Origin: Andalucia godoyi And28
Lineage: Eukaryota > Protista > Jakobida
Assembly (NCBI GenBank): GCA_009859145.1
Contig: VRVR01000001.1
Coordinates: forward strand, 435,692-499,691
Reading direction: 5' to 3'
Length of the DNA: 64,000 bases
Shown here: piece by piece, positions 11,401 through 21,856 of the stretch
How the letters are laid out: each line of letters begins with the position of its first letter
Numbering within the stretch: position 1 is the first letter of the stretch
Translations under genes and position numbers: made by a program
Notes under the pieces: generated by a model
The model's database searches: none
Told to the model about the DNA's origin: nothing
Seen by the model: the letters and a program-made list of their open reading frames with translations, nothing else

Positions 11401-13172
11401 CATCTACTGGGATTTCTCCACTGGCGTCTTCTTCGGTTCTTCCTTCGTATAGCGGGTCTGGCGGAAGTGCGCTGTCTCGCTCGTTGTCGGCACCGAATAA
11501 CCCTCCACTCTTCTCAGCAGGCTCAGTAACTTCTGTGCTTTCGTCGGCGACTCCGTCTGCGTCTGCGTCTGCATCTCCGTCTGCGTCTGCACAATCCTCG
11601 TCTTCAAGAGTGGCATCAGCTGCGCAACGCAAGACGAAGAATGTTCCTCGTCAGAATGTTCCCATTCAGAAACGTAATGTGCCGATGATTCCAGGTGGTT
11701 CGTCCGTTTCCGGTGCTCCAAACCAGCCAGGTGGCCCCGGATCTGTGTTGTCCTCGTCGGCATATGCAAGTTCGTCAGGCGGTGCTCCGCGATCCGTCCA
11801 GCCGACGCCGACGGCAGCTGTCGTGATCACAGACGAAGACGTCCACATGCTTCCGTCTGGTTTCTCGGATGCGCCGTATGGAGATCTGGTCCCGGAAGTG
11901 ATGTATGATCGTGTGTCTGGAGTGATGGATACTTCGGATTTTCTTTCTATGGAAGCAATGTCGGATCTTCCGTCGACTCCATCGTCAATGGGACCCGTTG
12001 CTCAGAACGGTCCTCCATTGCCGACGTTTACCCCTCTGCCAGGTAGCATGTCCGTGTTCGGGCCCCAGTCGTCTGTCTCGCTGTTTTCTCACCATCACAG
12101 TCATCAGCAGAACTACCACCCACAGTCAAGTAATCCCAGTGCAGGCGCCCCTAACAGCAGTCACGCGCATCATCAGGTACACCACCAGCACGGCGCCCAC
12201 CATCACCCACCTAGTTCCATGAGTGTGTTGTCGTCAACGAATTCCATTCCGGCCTCCATGACCTCTCTGCTTGCTGCCGCTTCTGGACAGCCTCAGGCGC
12301 AGACGCATGCTGCGTCACAAGGGTCCACTTTTCGCAGAAATCCGGCAGCCTCCTCTGTGAATGGGCATTCCACTCCCTCAGGCGCATCTTCCGTACCGGC
12401 CCATGTGCATATGCAACCGCACGCGCACGGACACCCGTCAACTCCGATTTCAATCCAAAAGTCCATGTCGGCTCCTACGACTCCGTTGCAGCCGTCCACC
12501 ATTTCTCTTCCGCTTCGTTCGCCATCGCCAGCCGCCCTCCCAGCTGCAATGGTCTCCCCTTCACCCACCTCTCATCACATATCGTCATTTAGCAATTCAT
12601 CATCATCATCGTCGTCGTCGTCGTCGTCGTCATCATCGTCGTCACTCTTTGCATCCAACAGCTCTTCGCAAGCGGGACCCGTATCGGCAATGGTACCGGC
12701 GTCACCGATATCTGCCGGAATCCCGCCCACTCCACCGAGTGTTCCAAGTGCTCCACAGACACCAATGACACAGGCCGCTCCGTCTCCCACTCCAGCAACG
12801 CCTTCTGCCGCATCTTCTGCAGCAGCTGTATCCGCTTCGACGCCGTCGGGTGGTTCGACCGTCGGGTCGTCGACTCCGCTTCCCAACAGCGGTGGAACAG
12901 CGGCGGGAGCAATGTCCCCTGCACAGGTTCCAAAGGCTCCACAGCAACCCGTGACCGTGTACACATCCGGAATTAGGGCAACGGTAACCTCGACCTATGT
13001 GTCTGTGAAGATCCCGCCGAAGAAGACTGCCACTGCATCGTCACCTGTCGTTGGGCCGCTGCCTTCTCCTGGTCTCGCGCCTGCCGCATCTCCAATCCCA
13101 ATATCTCCAGTCCCTGGATCCCAGCCGTCCGCTTCGCCTTCCAAGCCGTCCGCAAAGAGAACTGGAAAGTGA
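8475..13172 (+). CDS. Large Ser/Pro/Gly-rich low-complexity protein of unknown function with one putative folded island (about 10400-10900)
   Basis: 4.7 kb uninterrupted ORF with first ATG at 8475; no family recognised. Confidence 0.75.
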   Translation: MTSSIPVPTKRSNVSFSSASSPPSSMFAFSPPSGTESSALLFGSSPSDMFAMEPSAAAGSSGLSGTHPHSNASSSVSSTVNTSHSSSSNHSNSTAPLGVSFASTTTSTTPMSAANSGNGRSGNFGKSASGQQQQSSSSSSQQSVYGYQSRKQLSGFVRQRSNSRGTKDFSLSTSLSSSIGKDLRLLDAKRSRFGGDDSDLEDEHGNPELGMNADIPFYEHMKQMDVFPQMEMDELNVGELESLRYQAANILAAQHNSGLLAAPGNGFSDLLTVFGHMDVWNQSQEAVGFSANVSGTGASGASSTLGFSNAGPISTSHNQSNSGASTASSSNSGSTNPSSSTSGGSSQSLGTNSKGKSSATSAQSGVPLPNSSTVVVSSANSSTTMTSTSSSSSSSSSSSSSSSSSSLSSSLSSAPAAPTPVSTSLKNNKKQVRRNIIASTRPESDDDSTEGNSAAMDLDYGEGKRSEDEEEVGSAGVLASASFQNMRLSTPKKTSSSVFSNAVHSNASTTAGVSSQGHFNAANDHMKYSSAVASGIAAGGAAVSSAGSSAPMLLSHGSASASASTYSSSGGSTGSGSGSLSSLADSTGASGQNSSSLVPPLTLHTSASSASMDDDEDSPRNSNAQVPIGPDGEIDIRPDDDSFSQSRLAELFGLPGRFRDYKRSLFDNHKMKQPQLDFMDQDVEHRELCLRLPHRITAAQFAARIMLMAFHFALRDGRHPSFWKKLAHATLFRCISDDVRVRFDPAVGVASYNFWAAGSEYKSSVDRAQRDAVNFELGLRGITSLHTSNGSAAVAYKQMLLREREMGIRKEDDDSPELKLGAPGLRFAMPHANGGGSSLSSVSNMASLAHDSEPSELPGFSSGALARETMPPPPTTAVAHGSMSSPPHESVGANSSAMISMPYGPGGNSHNASPPSSSSSSSPSSGPSQSSTSILNSVPHGGSSAFPTSLQSSAPGMNTFGNAPVPVSGSSASLLPSTGISPLASSSVLPSYSGSGGSALSRSLSAPNNPPLFSAGSVTSVLSSATPSASASASPSASAQSSSSRVASAAQRKTKNVPRQNVPIQKRNVPMIPGGSSVSGAPNQPGGPGSVLSSSAYASSSGGAPRSVQPTPTAAVVITDEDVHMLPSGFSDAPYGDLVPEVMYDRVSGVMDTSDFLSMEAMSDLPSTPSSMGPVAQNGPPLPTFTPLPGSMSVFGPQSSVSLFSHHHSHQQNYHPQSSNPSAGAPNSSHAHHQVHHQHGAHHHPPSSMSVLSSTNSIPASMTSLLAAASGQPQAQTHAASQGSTFRRNPAASSVNGHSTPSGASSVPAHVHMQPHAHGHPSTPISIQKSMSAPTTPLQPSTISLPLRSPSPAALPAAMVSPSPTSHHISSFSNSSSSSSSSSSSSSSSSLFASNSSSQAGPVSAMVPASPISAGIPPTPPSVPSAPQTPMTQAAPSPTPATPSAASSAAAVSASTPSGGSTVGSSTPLPNSGGTAAGAMSPAQVPKAPQQPVTVYTSGIRATVTSTYVSVKIPPKKTATASSPVVGPLPSPGLAPAASPIPISPVPGSQPSASPSKPSAKRTGK

Positions 13173-13294
13173 GCGCAGTTGCGATGTTGCGACGTCTTCA
13201 TTCTGATGTGGCGTTGCGATGTTATTTTTTGTTTGTTTTGTTCATGATTTGCCATTTACTTGCTCTTCCAATTTCCTGTCTGTTTGTTTGTAGT

Positions 13295-13340
13295 TCTCTC
13301 TCTCTCTCTCTCTCTCTCGTGTGTGTGTGTGTGTGTGTGT
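13295..13340. repeat. Compound (CT)n(GT)n microsatellite
   Basis: Directly visible. Confidence 0.9.
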
Positions 13341-13866
13341 ATTATCGTGACTCTAGAGGTTAATTTGTAAAGCACTGCAGTTGTCGTTATCGATTTCAAA
13401 AGAGGAAAATGAAAACAGAGACGAAACCGTTGACAAGTGTTGAACTGTTGTTATCGTGCTTTTATTTTCGTTTTCATCAAATGCTGTTTGTGAGGAATAT
13501 GACTGCATTCTACATTGGAAATTCGACACGTCTCGTATGGTGCGGAGGGGGAGACTCTCCAACTGCTGTAAACAATACGTCATTGATTAGGGTTTTGCTA
13601 AAAACCTCCGTTAAAACGTACGTTACCGATCGGATTTTTGTTTTTGATTTGGTCTCTTCTTTTTCATTTGTCCTAGCTTTTTCCTTATATTTATATATTT
13701 ATTTTATGCCTCTTTTTCTTATCAGCAACAAGTGCTTTTGCTACTATTATTATTATAATTATTAATTACTACTACTACTACTACTACTACTGCTATTGTT
13801 GTTGTTGTTGTTAGTTAGTTAGTTGTCAGTTAGTTTAGTTATTATTAGGGCCAAGGAAGAGAGAGG

Positions 13867-14406
13867 ATGGGACTTTTGACGTTGTTGCGCAAGTTGAAGC
13901 GGTCTGATCGAGAAGCACGGATTCTTGTTCTTGGGCTTGACAATGCAGGCAAGACGTCGTGTTTAAAGCGTCTGTCCGACGAGGACATTACTCACATTAT
14001 GCCTACGCAAGGCTTCAACATAAAGTCACTTGTGCACGACGGCTTTAAGCTGAATGTGTGGGACATTGGTGGCCAACGCACGATCCGACCGTACTGGCGC
14101 AACTACTACGAGTCCACGGATGGACTTGTGTATGTTGTTGATTCTGCGGACCGTCGGCGGCTTGAGGAGTCCGGAGTCGAACTGCAACTGCTGCTCGAGG
14201 AAACCAAGCTTGCCGGAGTCCCGCTGCTTGTCTTTGCAAACAAACAGGACCTTATCAATGCGCTGCCGGCTCATGAAATCGCAGATGCAATGAACTTGCA
14301 TGCTATCAGAGACAGACCATGGCAGATCCAAGCATGTTCTGCAAAGTCCGGAGACGGACTTTCCGAAGGCATGGAATGGATGGTCAAGAACATGAAGACG
14401 CAGTAA
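13867..14406 (+). CDS. ARL3: ADP-ribosylation factor-like GTPase 3
   Basis: [58 protein letters not shown]. Confidence 0.93.
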   Translation: MGLLTLLRKLKRSDREARILVLGLDNAGKTSCLKRLSDEDITHIMPTQGFNIKSLVHDGFKLNVWDIGGQRTIRPYWRNYYESTDGLVYVVDSADRRRLEESGVELQLLLEETKLAGVPLLVFANKQDLINALPAHEIADAMNLHAIRDRPWQIQACSAKSGDGLSEGMEWMVKNMKTQ

Positions 14407-14491
14407 AACAAAAGAATGAAACCAACAATATGACCTAGGCAATACGCCTACATTATACACTGAACGTGCATATCTACGAAATAGACATGCA

Positions 14492-14600
14492 TCGCGCTCC
14501 GTTCCCAATCTCGATCAGTCTGTGAGCCACTTTCTCAGCGTGACACGTTGTTCCTGAGAAGGGTGCATTTTGATTCTGACGGCCCTAGCAGCAGGCGCTT
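14492..14600 (-). pseudogene. Fanzor/TnpB fragment: N-terminal motif joined by deletion to the RuvC-III motif
   Basis: RAVRIKMHPSQEQRVTLRKW resembles the TnpB/Fanzor N-terminal R-x-Y-P-T-x-E-Q-x-x-x-L-x-x-W motif; immediately followed by GAT CGA GAT TGG (G) AAC GGA GCG. Confidence 0.75.
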
Positions 14601-14689
14601 TCGTGTCCTCAGTTGCAGCGATTGATGCACCTGGAGATACGAGAGGAAGAGGCGGTAGGAAGACGGTGGGATTTTGCGACTGCGACTGC

Positions 14690-14824
14690 GCCTGGGGCAT
14701 CGTAGCAGAAAACCACGAGTTCTGCAAGAGACGGTCCCTGAGGCTTCTGCTTCGGGTTGGCTGCCCTGCGTGCTGGGGATTGGAGATCGTGTCTTGGAAG
14801 TTCGCTGGACGAATGATAGATGGC
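14690..14824 (-). pseudogene. Possible degenerate IS607 TnpA catalytic-domain remnant
   Basis: One frame reads AIYHSSSELPRHDLQ...RAANP...AELVVFCYDAP, and RDRL(t)CR lies at 14739-14721. These weakly resemble the IYARVSS..Q..DLQ, (R/K)DRL.RF and ELVV motifs of IS607 TnpA. Confidence 0.4.
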
Positions 14825-15016
14825 TACGTGTAAGCACGAATTCCCTGTGAAACAAACGAGCTGGTGTCGGCCAGTGTTAACCGTGTCTGTTTATGTATAC
14901 TCCCCCGTATGCATGACAATGACGTGCTATTATTCAACGGTTTTAATCAGGAGTTGTTCAAAAACTGTCTGTAGTGCACCGAAAAACAAAAACAGAATGA
15001 CAAAACAAAAAAGAAT

Positions 15017-15089
15017 CACCCGATGGGGGGCTCGAACCCCCGACCCTGGGATTAAAAGTCCCATGCTCTTCCGACTGAGCTAACCGGGT
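15017..15089 (-). tRNA. tRNA-Lys(UUU)
   Basis: 73-nt cloverleaf ACCCGGTTAGCTCAGTCGGAAGAGCATGGGACTTTTAATCCCAGGGTCGGGGGTTCGAGCCCCCCATCGGGTG; anticodon TTT. Confidence 0.95.
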
Positions 15090-15531
15090 TTCTGTTCTAC
15101 GCCAAGCATCAAAATTCATACATTAATTAACAGTACGCAACCTCAACCAGAAACGCGGTACAGCCGTTGAATTTGAAAACGTGGGAAAACGCGCTTTCGC
15201 CGTGGAATGGAGACCACGGGTTTCATCTCGAGAGGCGCAGCTGTTGTCGTCCCAGCTGATGAAAGTGTTAACTCATTCCTTCAAATCACGGAAAAATACG
15301 TGTATGTAACATAGAAGGGTACACGGTGCTTTTTTTGGTACGAACCAGAATCGTTGAAGGAAAGAAGAGACCATGTGTTTTGAGGCCGTGCGCGGGTGAC
15401 TGTTTCCAAGTGCTCCCAGAGTTCTACCTATGCTTGTTTCATTCTTCCTTGTTTCGAGTTTCCTTGCCTGACGCGAATGATTTTCTGCGTAAACAATCTG
15501 ATAATAATTGAAGAAAGGCTCAAAATGTGTC

Positions 15532-15604
15532 ACCCGGTTAGCTCAGTCGGTAGAGCATGAGACTCTTAATCTCAGGGTCGTGGGTTCGACCCCCACATTG
15601 GGTG
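15532..15604 (+). tRNA. tRNA-Lys(CUU)
   Basis: 73-nt cloverleaf ACCCGGTTAGCTCAGTCGGTAGAGCATGAGACTCTTAATCTCAGGGTCGTGGGTTCGACCCCCACATTGGGTG; anticodon CTT; T-run terminator follows. Confidence 0.95.
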
Positions 15605-15772
15605 CTGTTTTTTTCCCCCACTCACCGCCGTCTTCTTTTTCTTTTCTTTTTTCCTTTTGACCAATCCCATTCCTTTTGTCACGAAGTACGATCTCCAGAT
15701 TCGGAGAGAGGAAACGAGACTTAAAACCGCGGAGCAGCAATCGCAGTACCCAATACTCAGGTGCAATAGAAA

Positions 15773-16300
15773 ATGTCGTCGTCGGACATCCAGCCTTCCC
15801 TGCAAGACCGAGAACAGCTTATGAGAGTTTGGGCAGTTCGTCGTCGAATGGCGCTCGATGCGAAGAAGTGGCTTGACTCTGATTCCTCCGGCACACCTTC
15901 TGCTGTACCTTCGTCGACGTCTCTATCCCCTTCCTCCAATTCCAATTTGAATGTCAATCCAAATCCGAGCTCGACTACGAACGTCGTTCCGCAGCAATCG
16001 AATGGTGCGACTGCTGAAAGGAGGAGCGAGCATCCGAGTGCAGCAAGTTCGAATGGAAACAGTGCTGGAAATGCCGGCAGCGTGTTTTCGGGGTTTTCTG
16101 ATCGCGACAAGCTGTTTTTGTCGCGCATGGAAGAGAGAGTGGATGTGTTCAAGGAGGAAGTTCTGCGGGAGGTTATCGGGCAAATGGCACATGAAAAGGC
16201 GCAGTCAGCAAGGCTTGAAAAGGAGCTCGAGTGGTCGCGTCGACGCATCGCAGAGCTCGAAAGAGAAGTCGAGAAACTCAGATCCGTGCATTCTAGATAG
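15773..16300 (+). CDS. Hypothetical protein with C-terminal coiled coil
   Basis: 175-aa ATG ORF with a heptad-like C-terminus. Confidence 0.65.
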   Translation: MSSSDIQPSLQDREQLMRVWAVRRRMALDAKKWLDSDSSGTPSAVPSSTSLSPSSNSNLNVNPNPSSTTNVVPQQSNGATAERRSEHPSAASSNGNSAGNAGSVFSGFSDRDKLFLSRMEERVDVFKEEVLREVIGQMAHEKAQSARLEKELEWSRRRIAELEREVEKLRSVHSR

Positions 16301-16841
16301 CAGGATTTTCTCCCCCCGTCTTTCGTTTTCCGTTTTCCGTTTTCCGTTTTCCGTTCTCAGGTTTGTACCTTGGTTCCGATGCGAGACTGAATATGGATGG
16401 TCAGCAGTGATTCGCCATGCTTCGCTAGACGTTAAGCTCCTTTCTGTATAAAAAACAATGCTAAAACGATATTTAAAAAAGTAACAATCGTAGACATGGC
16501 TGAAAACGGAATCACCTGTCGTGTTGCTCGTCGACTGTAGTGGCCTTCGAAATCCAGGTCGACTTGCCCCGTCAGTCGTTGTCACGCTGACCGTGACCAG
16601 TCGGGTCAGCCGCTGACCCGAGTTGCAATTGGAGGGAAAATATAAGAAAATACTCTCCGCTATGCGTCTTAGCGAGTTTGGAAAGCAGTTTTTCCTTTTC
16701 TTTTCTTTCATTCATATTTCAAGTATGTTTTCCTTTAAATTTGAACATTGATATTCGTTTTATTTATTTATTTAATTAATATTATTTATTTATTCGAAAA
16801 AAGCTTGATCTATTCATTCATTCCAGCCACGCAATTTGAAC

Positions 16842-17969
16842 ATGCGTGCATCCTTTGCGGTATTGGTGTTGGCGGCTGTGCTGGCTGCGGCGTTTGTTAC
16901 GGCAGCTACGGCGGCGCCCTCTGCGCTGTCCGAGGAAGAGGCCGCGGTGTATCTTCCGCAGTTTGAAGCGTTTAAACAGCAGTTTTCAAAGGCGTATGCG
17001 GATGCCAACGAGGAACAGTTCCGGTTCCGTGTCTTTGTGGACAATGTGAAGGAAATCGCACGGCTGCAGAAAACGACGACAAAGACGAAGTTTGCCATTT
17101 CAAAGGTTTCGGACCGGCTGTTGGAAGAGCTGGCGGGCACTGTGAAGCCTGCAGCTACCACTCCGTTTGTGGCCAATCCAAAGCAGAACAGTGTGCCGCA
17201 GCTGAACGAAAACAAGCGGGTCAAGGTCAATGCAGGCCAGCCGTTCACTTGGCAGGGCACCAACCGCGTGACCTATGTCAAAGACCAAGAGTATGTCTTC
17301 TTGTTGCTCTTCTCTTCTTATTTTTAATTATACACCTTGCGTATTTCGTGCAAATGCTGACCTGTCAATAATGTGTGGTGGTTTGTTAGATCTTGCGGCG
17401 GTTGCTGGGCATTTGCGAGTGCTGCAGTTGCCGAATCTGCGTGGAATTCTGGGAACTCGCTTTCGCCGCAACAACTGATTGACTGCTTGTCGGACCAGAA
17501 TGGCTGCAATGGCGGATGGCCTGCGACGGTCTTGTCGGATATGATTGGACAATTCTGGGAGGGATGGTCCGACTACCCGTATGTCGGCTATCAGAATTCC
17601 CAGTGCATGCAGTCATCGTCGCTTGCGCAGTACACGTACAACTATCAAGTGGGCACCGCCGATTCGATTGACTACAACACGGCGTTCAGCAACATCCTTT
17701 CGTACGGAACCGTTGCAGTGGCAATCAACGCAAATTCTGCATTCCAGTCGTACTCTGGCGGCGTGATCGACATCGATACGTGCGACGACAGCACAGTGAA
17801 CCATGCAGTGTCGGCTGTCGGTTACGCGTACGATGACAACGGCGATCCGTACTACATTGTCAAGAACTCATGGGGTCCGTCGTGGGGTATCAATGGATTT
17901 GTCTACATCCGCGCTGATACCAATGCCTGCAACATCAACTTCTCTCATGCATGGTTGCAGTTGTCTTAG
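16842..17969 (+). CDS. Secreted papain-family (C1A) cysteine protease with I29-like propeptide; exons 16842-17290 and 17389-17969
   Basis: Signal peptide; prodomain FEAFKQQFSKAY...RFRVFVDN; splicing GTATGT...TTAG gives VKDQESCGGCWAF; NHAV; YYIVKNSWG. Confidence 0.9.
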
Positions 17970-18372
17970 GATCCTCTGCACGCGTTTTTTCGGCCCCCTC
18001 TTCTTCTATCTGTTTTATAGTTGCTTTTGGTCATTCTCTTATTTTTCGATGTTTCCGGTCGGTTTTCCCTTGTTGGTTTTGTTTTTCATGTTGCTCTCTG
18101 CTTTTGATGTTCTTGGATATTACGTTTCTTTTCACATTCTGTTCGTATTCTATGTTGTAAAATTCCGGTTGCCGGTTCTTTTCTTTTTCTTTTAAAATGA
18201 CTTATTGCACTTCAACCTTCAATCTGTCTCACAGGATCACATTCATACGTACCACATACCATTCCGACATACATCACGAGCACGGCACCAGTCAGGAAGA
18301 CCAGCCCAAGCAAAGGCAGAAGAAAAGAAAGAAAAAGAAGAAGAAGAAAAAAATAGAGAAAGAAGAGGATCA

Positions 18373-21300
18373 TCAACGTTGATTTTCAATGAGTCCTGCA
18401 TCAGCTTCGTTGCGGCTCGTAATTGCGGCCTTTTCCCGCTGCGAACCTGGCGGATCCTTCCAATACTTCTTAATCTTCCAACCCAACCAGCCAATGAACG
18501 CGGCAACCCAGAAACAGAAGATGAGAGCAATGAGCACGCGGAAACCGAGGGTGGACTGCGTCGTGTCGGTGTCCTGCAAGCGATCGAGAACAGGAATCTG
18601 CTCATAAATGATCGCCACAATAACCAGAGCAAGACAGGACAGCGAAGCCACCTTGTTCACCGCACGCTGCACAAACGGCTTCGTGTAGAAATGCACAAAC
18701 ATGTGCACGACAACCACGGCGACAGCGAGAAACAGCCGTGCCGAGATAGAGTAGTCGTGCCACTGGCGCGTGACAATGAGGAGCAACAAACGCCTGAAGA
18801 GGTAAACCAGATCGTAGAAGTACCACTGGCGGTTGTACGTCAGAATGAAGAATTTGAACGCCCTTACTAGGCCCTCGGAGCTATCCGCACTTGTCGTTGA
18901 TGAGGACACAGCGTACTTGTCGGAAGACGAGAATGCGCCATGAGGGGACTCAGCTTGGGGGCGCCGAGGAAGGCGATCCTTGATCAGGAGGAACGCAGCA
19001 GCGAATGCCAGAGGAAGAAGAATGACAACGATGATGAGAAATGCTATTGCAAGGCCGGTGACGTCCTTGTGCGACTCCGAACCGAAAGAAACGGCAGGAT
19101 TGGACGACAGATACTTCTCTCCACCGATGACACGATACGCAAAGTGATCCAGAACAACTTCGGAAACGGGAGTGTGAAGGAATGTTAGCAGAAACAGAAG
19201 TGACTGCAAAAACGAGGCCACAACCACATTCTTTGGATTAAATCCCTCGAAAGCCGGATCCCCGCGATGACGAGTGGACTGCCAAAAAACATATCCAGCA
19301 TACACAGGAAATGTCAGCGCCATGCCCAGCAACCACACAAACGGAGAAAAGACAGACAATGCGAAGTACTGAGCATACGACATGTCCGAAACACATTCGT
19401 CCGTGATTGCAGAACCAAAGATTGCAAAATTCAGAGAAAAAACATTCATGTACGAGAAATTCGCAAGAATGGCGCAGGTTTGGAAAAAGTCAAAGAAAAT
19501 CTTCATGAACGAAAACGACTTGTTGTGGAGCGTGTAGATCAAGAATAGCAAAGCCAAACCCATAATGACCATGAACGTCACTGCTCCGCCACCTACACCA
19601 TGAGACTTGCAGGGAATGCAGATTCCATTGACCTTTGCGTATCCAGAACCACATGTGGCACACAGCACATTTTGATAATGATTTGCGCACCGGTTGTCCG
19701 CGAGACACATTGACGCGCAAGGAGAACTGAAGGCACAGTTCTCAAGATCGCAGGAGTACATTTTGGCTTTGTTTCCTTCAATGTTTCGGTAAAAATTCTT
19801 GCGCGACAGCACAAGATTTGCACCGGGGCAGGTGGCGCCATCCGGGCAATCAAAACAACCGGAAATTCCATCCAAGTTGTAAGTACCGCGAGCACACGCG
19901 ACGCACACACCGTTGAAATAATAATAGCCTGGTTGGCATGTAGGGTTGATAAACGTGACGAACCGAGACTGTTTCCTCGCCCCCACCCCAAACAACACAA
20001 CACACGTGGAGTTCAGCGGTCCACCAATCGACATTCCAGATGTAGTAGCTTGGCCATTCACAAGCGACACCACTCCGCCGCTCGCCAAGTAGCACGACTG
20101 ACCCGAGTCGACCGAAATGCTTACAGACGGGAAATCGGAAGAAGTTGGAATTTGCGCGCCGAACGCATCCACAACAGTCAATGAGACATTGATCAATTCA
20201 CCAGCGTACACGGTCGGAGGAAATGCTGCAGCTTGCACGGGGTTTGTTTGCGCAGGGGCGCTGGAAATGAAAGGCGGGGACGAAATGAATGAGTTTCCAT
20301 CCATGACCTTTTGCAGGGTGAACAGGCGGGGAATGGCATTCAAGTACAGCGCCGACCCCGCGGCAGCCTGTTCATTCGTGAACGTGTTGCCAGCCATGAT
20401 TACTGAAGGAACGGAGTTGCCCTTTGTCACAGCGTTCGAATACACCGCCCCACCATAGTACGCATAGCTGCCGGAAAATGTGCACATGGTCACATTCAAA
20501 TTCATTCCCGAGTGATAAATCGAGCCCCCCGTCGAGTACTGCAGTTTGAGCGTGCGGTGGTTCGCAAACGACGTTCGCGAAATAGTGAGGGAATCTACTG
20601 CAGATGCAGCATCCGACGACTCATAGGAGATGGCACAACCTTGATCCATGCACTGGTTGGATTGAAAATAACAGTCCTCAAAGAACGTGGCATCAGAACT
20701 GGTCAGGCGGACGGCAATGTTTTGGTTGTTGATAAAACGCGACTTCAACACTCTCAACCTCCCATTGGTTCCTTGGATGGCACCTCCAGTTGCCGACAGC
20801 GTGTTGTTCATGAACGTGACGCTGTCCAGCGTAATGAGCCCTTCGGACGCGACGTACAATCCACCGCCAACCGAATTGTATGCACCGTTCGCAGCAAATG
20901 ACGTGTTATAGATGTACACAGTATCAAGAGGACCTGGGGACGCGAAGACTCCAGACCCCACAAGCCCAGCTGCGTTCTTGTAAAACTGCGAGCCCACGAT
21001 CGTCAGAGTAGACCGTGCAAAAATCGCTCCTCCCTGCGCAGCACCCGTGAAGCACGACGTCGGGGACGTGCATCCTGAGAAGTAAGAATTTGAAATAAAC
21101 GCTGGAGAGCGAAGCATAAGTGCGCCACCGTACCCCGAAGCCACAGCCCTGTTTCCAGCGAACGAACAATCGCGAAACTCCGTCTTCATTCCTGACGAAA
21201 GAGGCGCGCCGTCCAAGTAGACCGCTCCACCAGATCCCGAGTTTGAAGCTGCAGCGGCAGCGTTCAGTGTCCAAGTGCAATTTACAAAGACCGGAGCTGA

Positions 21301-21705
21301 GAAGCTCGATATGGTCACTGCAGTTTGCGTGTCTTGTGAAAAACTCGCCGAGATCAGCATCGGGGAAGCATCTTGGATCAGAAGCGCGCCTTTGCATTTT
21401 GTGAATCCTAATCCATAAATCGACAGATCGCGATTCCGATTTATGATTTTGACACCAAACAGAATGTTTGTTGCATTTGTGCAGTCAATGGTTACTCCGT
21501 AAGCATAGATCGTCTTGATGGAAGACGACGACGCATCAATGGTGATGTTCCAGTTCCCGGCACCCGTGCATGACGTGCATGCATTCCACACAAGCGACGT
21601 CTGCGCTGCAGCAATCGCGGAATTCAGCTGATCTTGCAAAGTCGCCGCCGTTAGCCCAGCCGCCAGCACAACGAGCACCACGACAGAAACGAACGATATT
21701 CTCAT
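18373..21705 (-). CDS. Cell-surface protein: signal peptide, pectin-lyase/PMP-like beta-helix repeats, Cys-rich (GCC2/3-like) segment, about 8-9 transmembrane helices
   Basis: Repeated F..N.A...GGA(I/L/V) motifs; CQPGYY..C..CARGTY..C..CPDGATC; multiple hydrophobic C-terminal segments; ATG at 21705. Confidence 0.8.
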   Translation of the reverse strand: MRISFVSVVVLVVLAAGLTAATLQDQLNSAIAAAQTSLVWNACTSCTGAGNWNITIDASSSSIKTIYAYGVTIDCTNATNILFGVKIINRNRDLSIYGLGFTKCKGALLIQDASPMLISASFSQDTQTAVTISSFSAPVFVNCTWTLNAAAAASNSGSGGAVYLDGAPLSSGMKTEFRDCSFAGNRAVASGYGGALMLRSPAFISNSYFSGCTSPTSCFTGAAQGGAIFARSTLTIVGSQFYKNAAGLVGSGVFASPGPLDTVYIYNTSFAANGAYNSVGGGLYVASEGLITLDSVTFMNNTLSATGGAIQGTNGRLRVLKSRFINNQNIAVRLTSSDATFFEDCYFQSNQCMDQGCAISYESSDAASAVDSLTISRTSFANHRTLKLQYSTGGSIYHSGMNLNVTMCTFSGSYAYYGGAVYSNAVTKGNSVPSVIMAGNTFTNEQAAAGSALYLNAIPRLFTLQKVMDGNSFISSPPFISSAPAQTNPVQAAAFPPTVYAGELINVSLTVVDAFGAQIPTSSDFPSVSISVDSGQSCYLASGGVVSLVNGQATTSGMSIGGPLNSTCVVLFGVGARKQSRFVTFINPTCQPGYYYFNGVCVACARGTYNLDGISGCFDCPDGATCPGANLVLSRKNFYRNIEGNKAKMYSCDLENCAFSSPCASMCLADNRCANHYQNVLCATCGSGYAKVNGICIPCKSHGVGGGAVTFMVIMGLALLFLIYTLHNKSFSFMKIFFDFFQTCAILANFSYMNVFSLNFAIFGSAITDECVSDMSYAQYFALSVFSPFVWLLGMALTFPVYAGYVFWQSTRHRGDPAFEGFNPKNVVVASFLQSLLFLLTFLHTPVSEVVLDHFAYRVIGGEKYLSSNPAVSFGSESHKDVTGLAIAFLIIVVILLPLAFAAAFLLIKDRLPRRPQAESPHGAFSSSDKYAVSSSTTSADSSEGLVRAFKFFILTYNRQWYFYDLVYLFRRLLLLIVTRQWHDYSISARLFLAVAVVVVHMFVHFYTKPFVQRAVNKVASLSCLALVIVAIIYEQIPVLDRLQDTDTTQSTLGFRVLIALIFCFWVAAFIGWLGWKIKKYWKDPPGSQREKAAITSRNEADAGLIENQR

Positions 21706-21794
21706 TTTCTTTTGAGATCCGGAAGAGGCTGTCAGCAAAACCTAGTACGCTCAGTACAACAGCAACTCCACACACACACGCGCGCGCGCGCAAA

Positions 21795-21856
<62 letters not shown>

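Larger units (their letters stand above)
14445..14930 (-). mobile_element. Element A: internally deleted IS607/Fanzor-like non-autonomous element (left boundary uncertain)
   Basis: Right end 14445-14526 is nearly identical to element B (35237-35286 joined to 35364-35398). Encodes a Fanzor/TnpB N-terminal motif RAVRIKMHPSQEQRVTLRKW (14586-14527) fused to a DRDW-NGA remnant. Possible degenerate TnpA catalytic remnants upstream. Confidence 0.8.

Noticed and set aside
15240-15300. CTGATGA...GAAA resembling a hammerhead ribozyme core between the tRNAs
   Set aside because: No convincing stem II or stem III can be formed.
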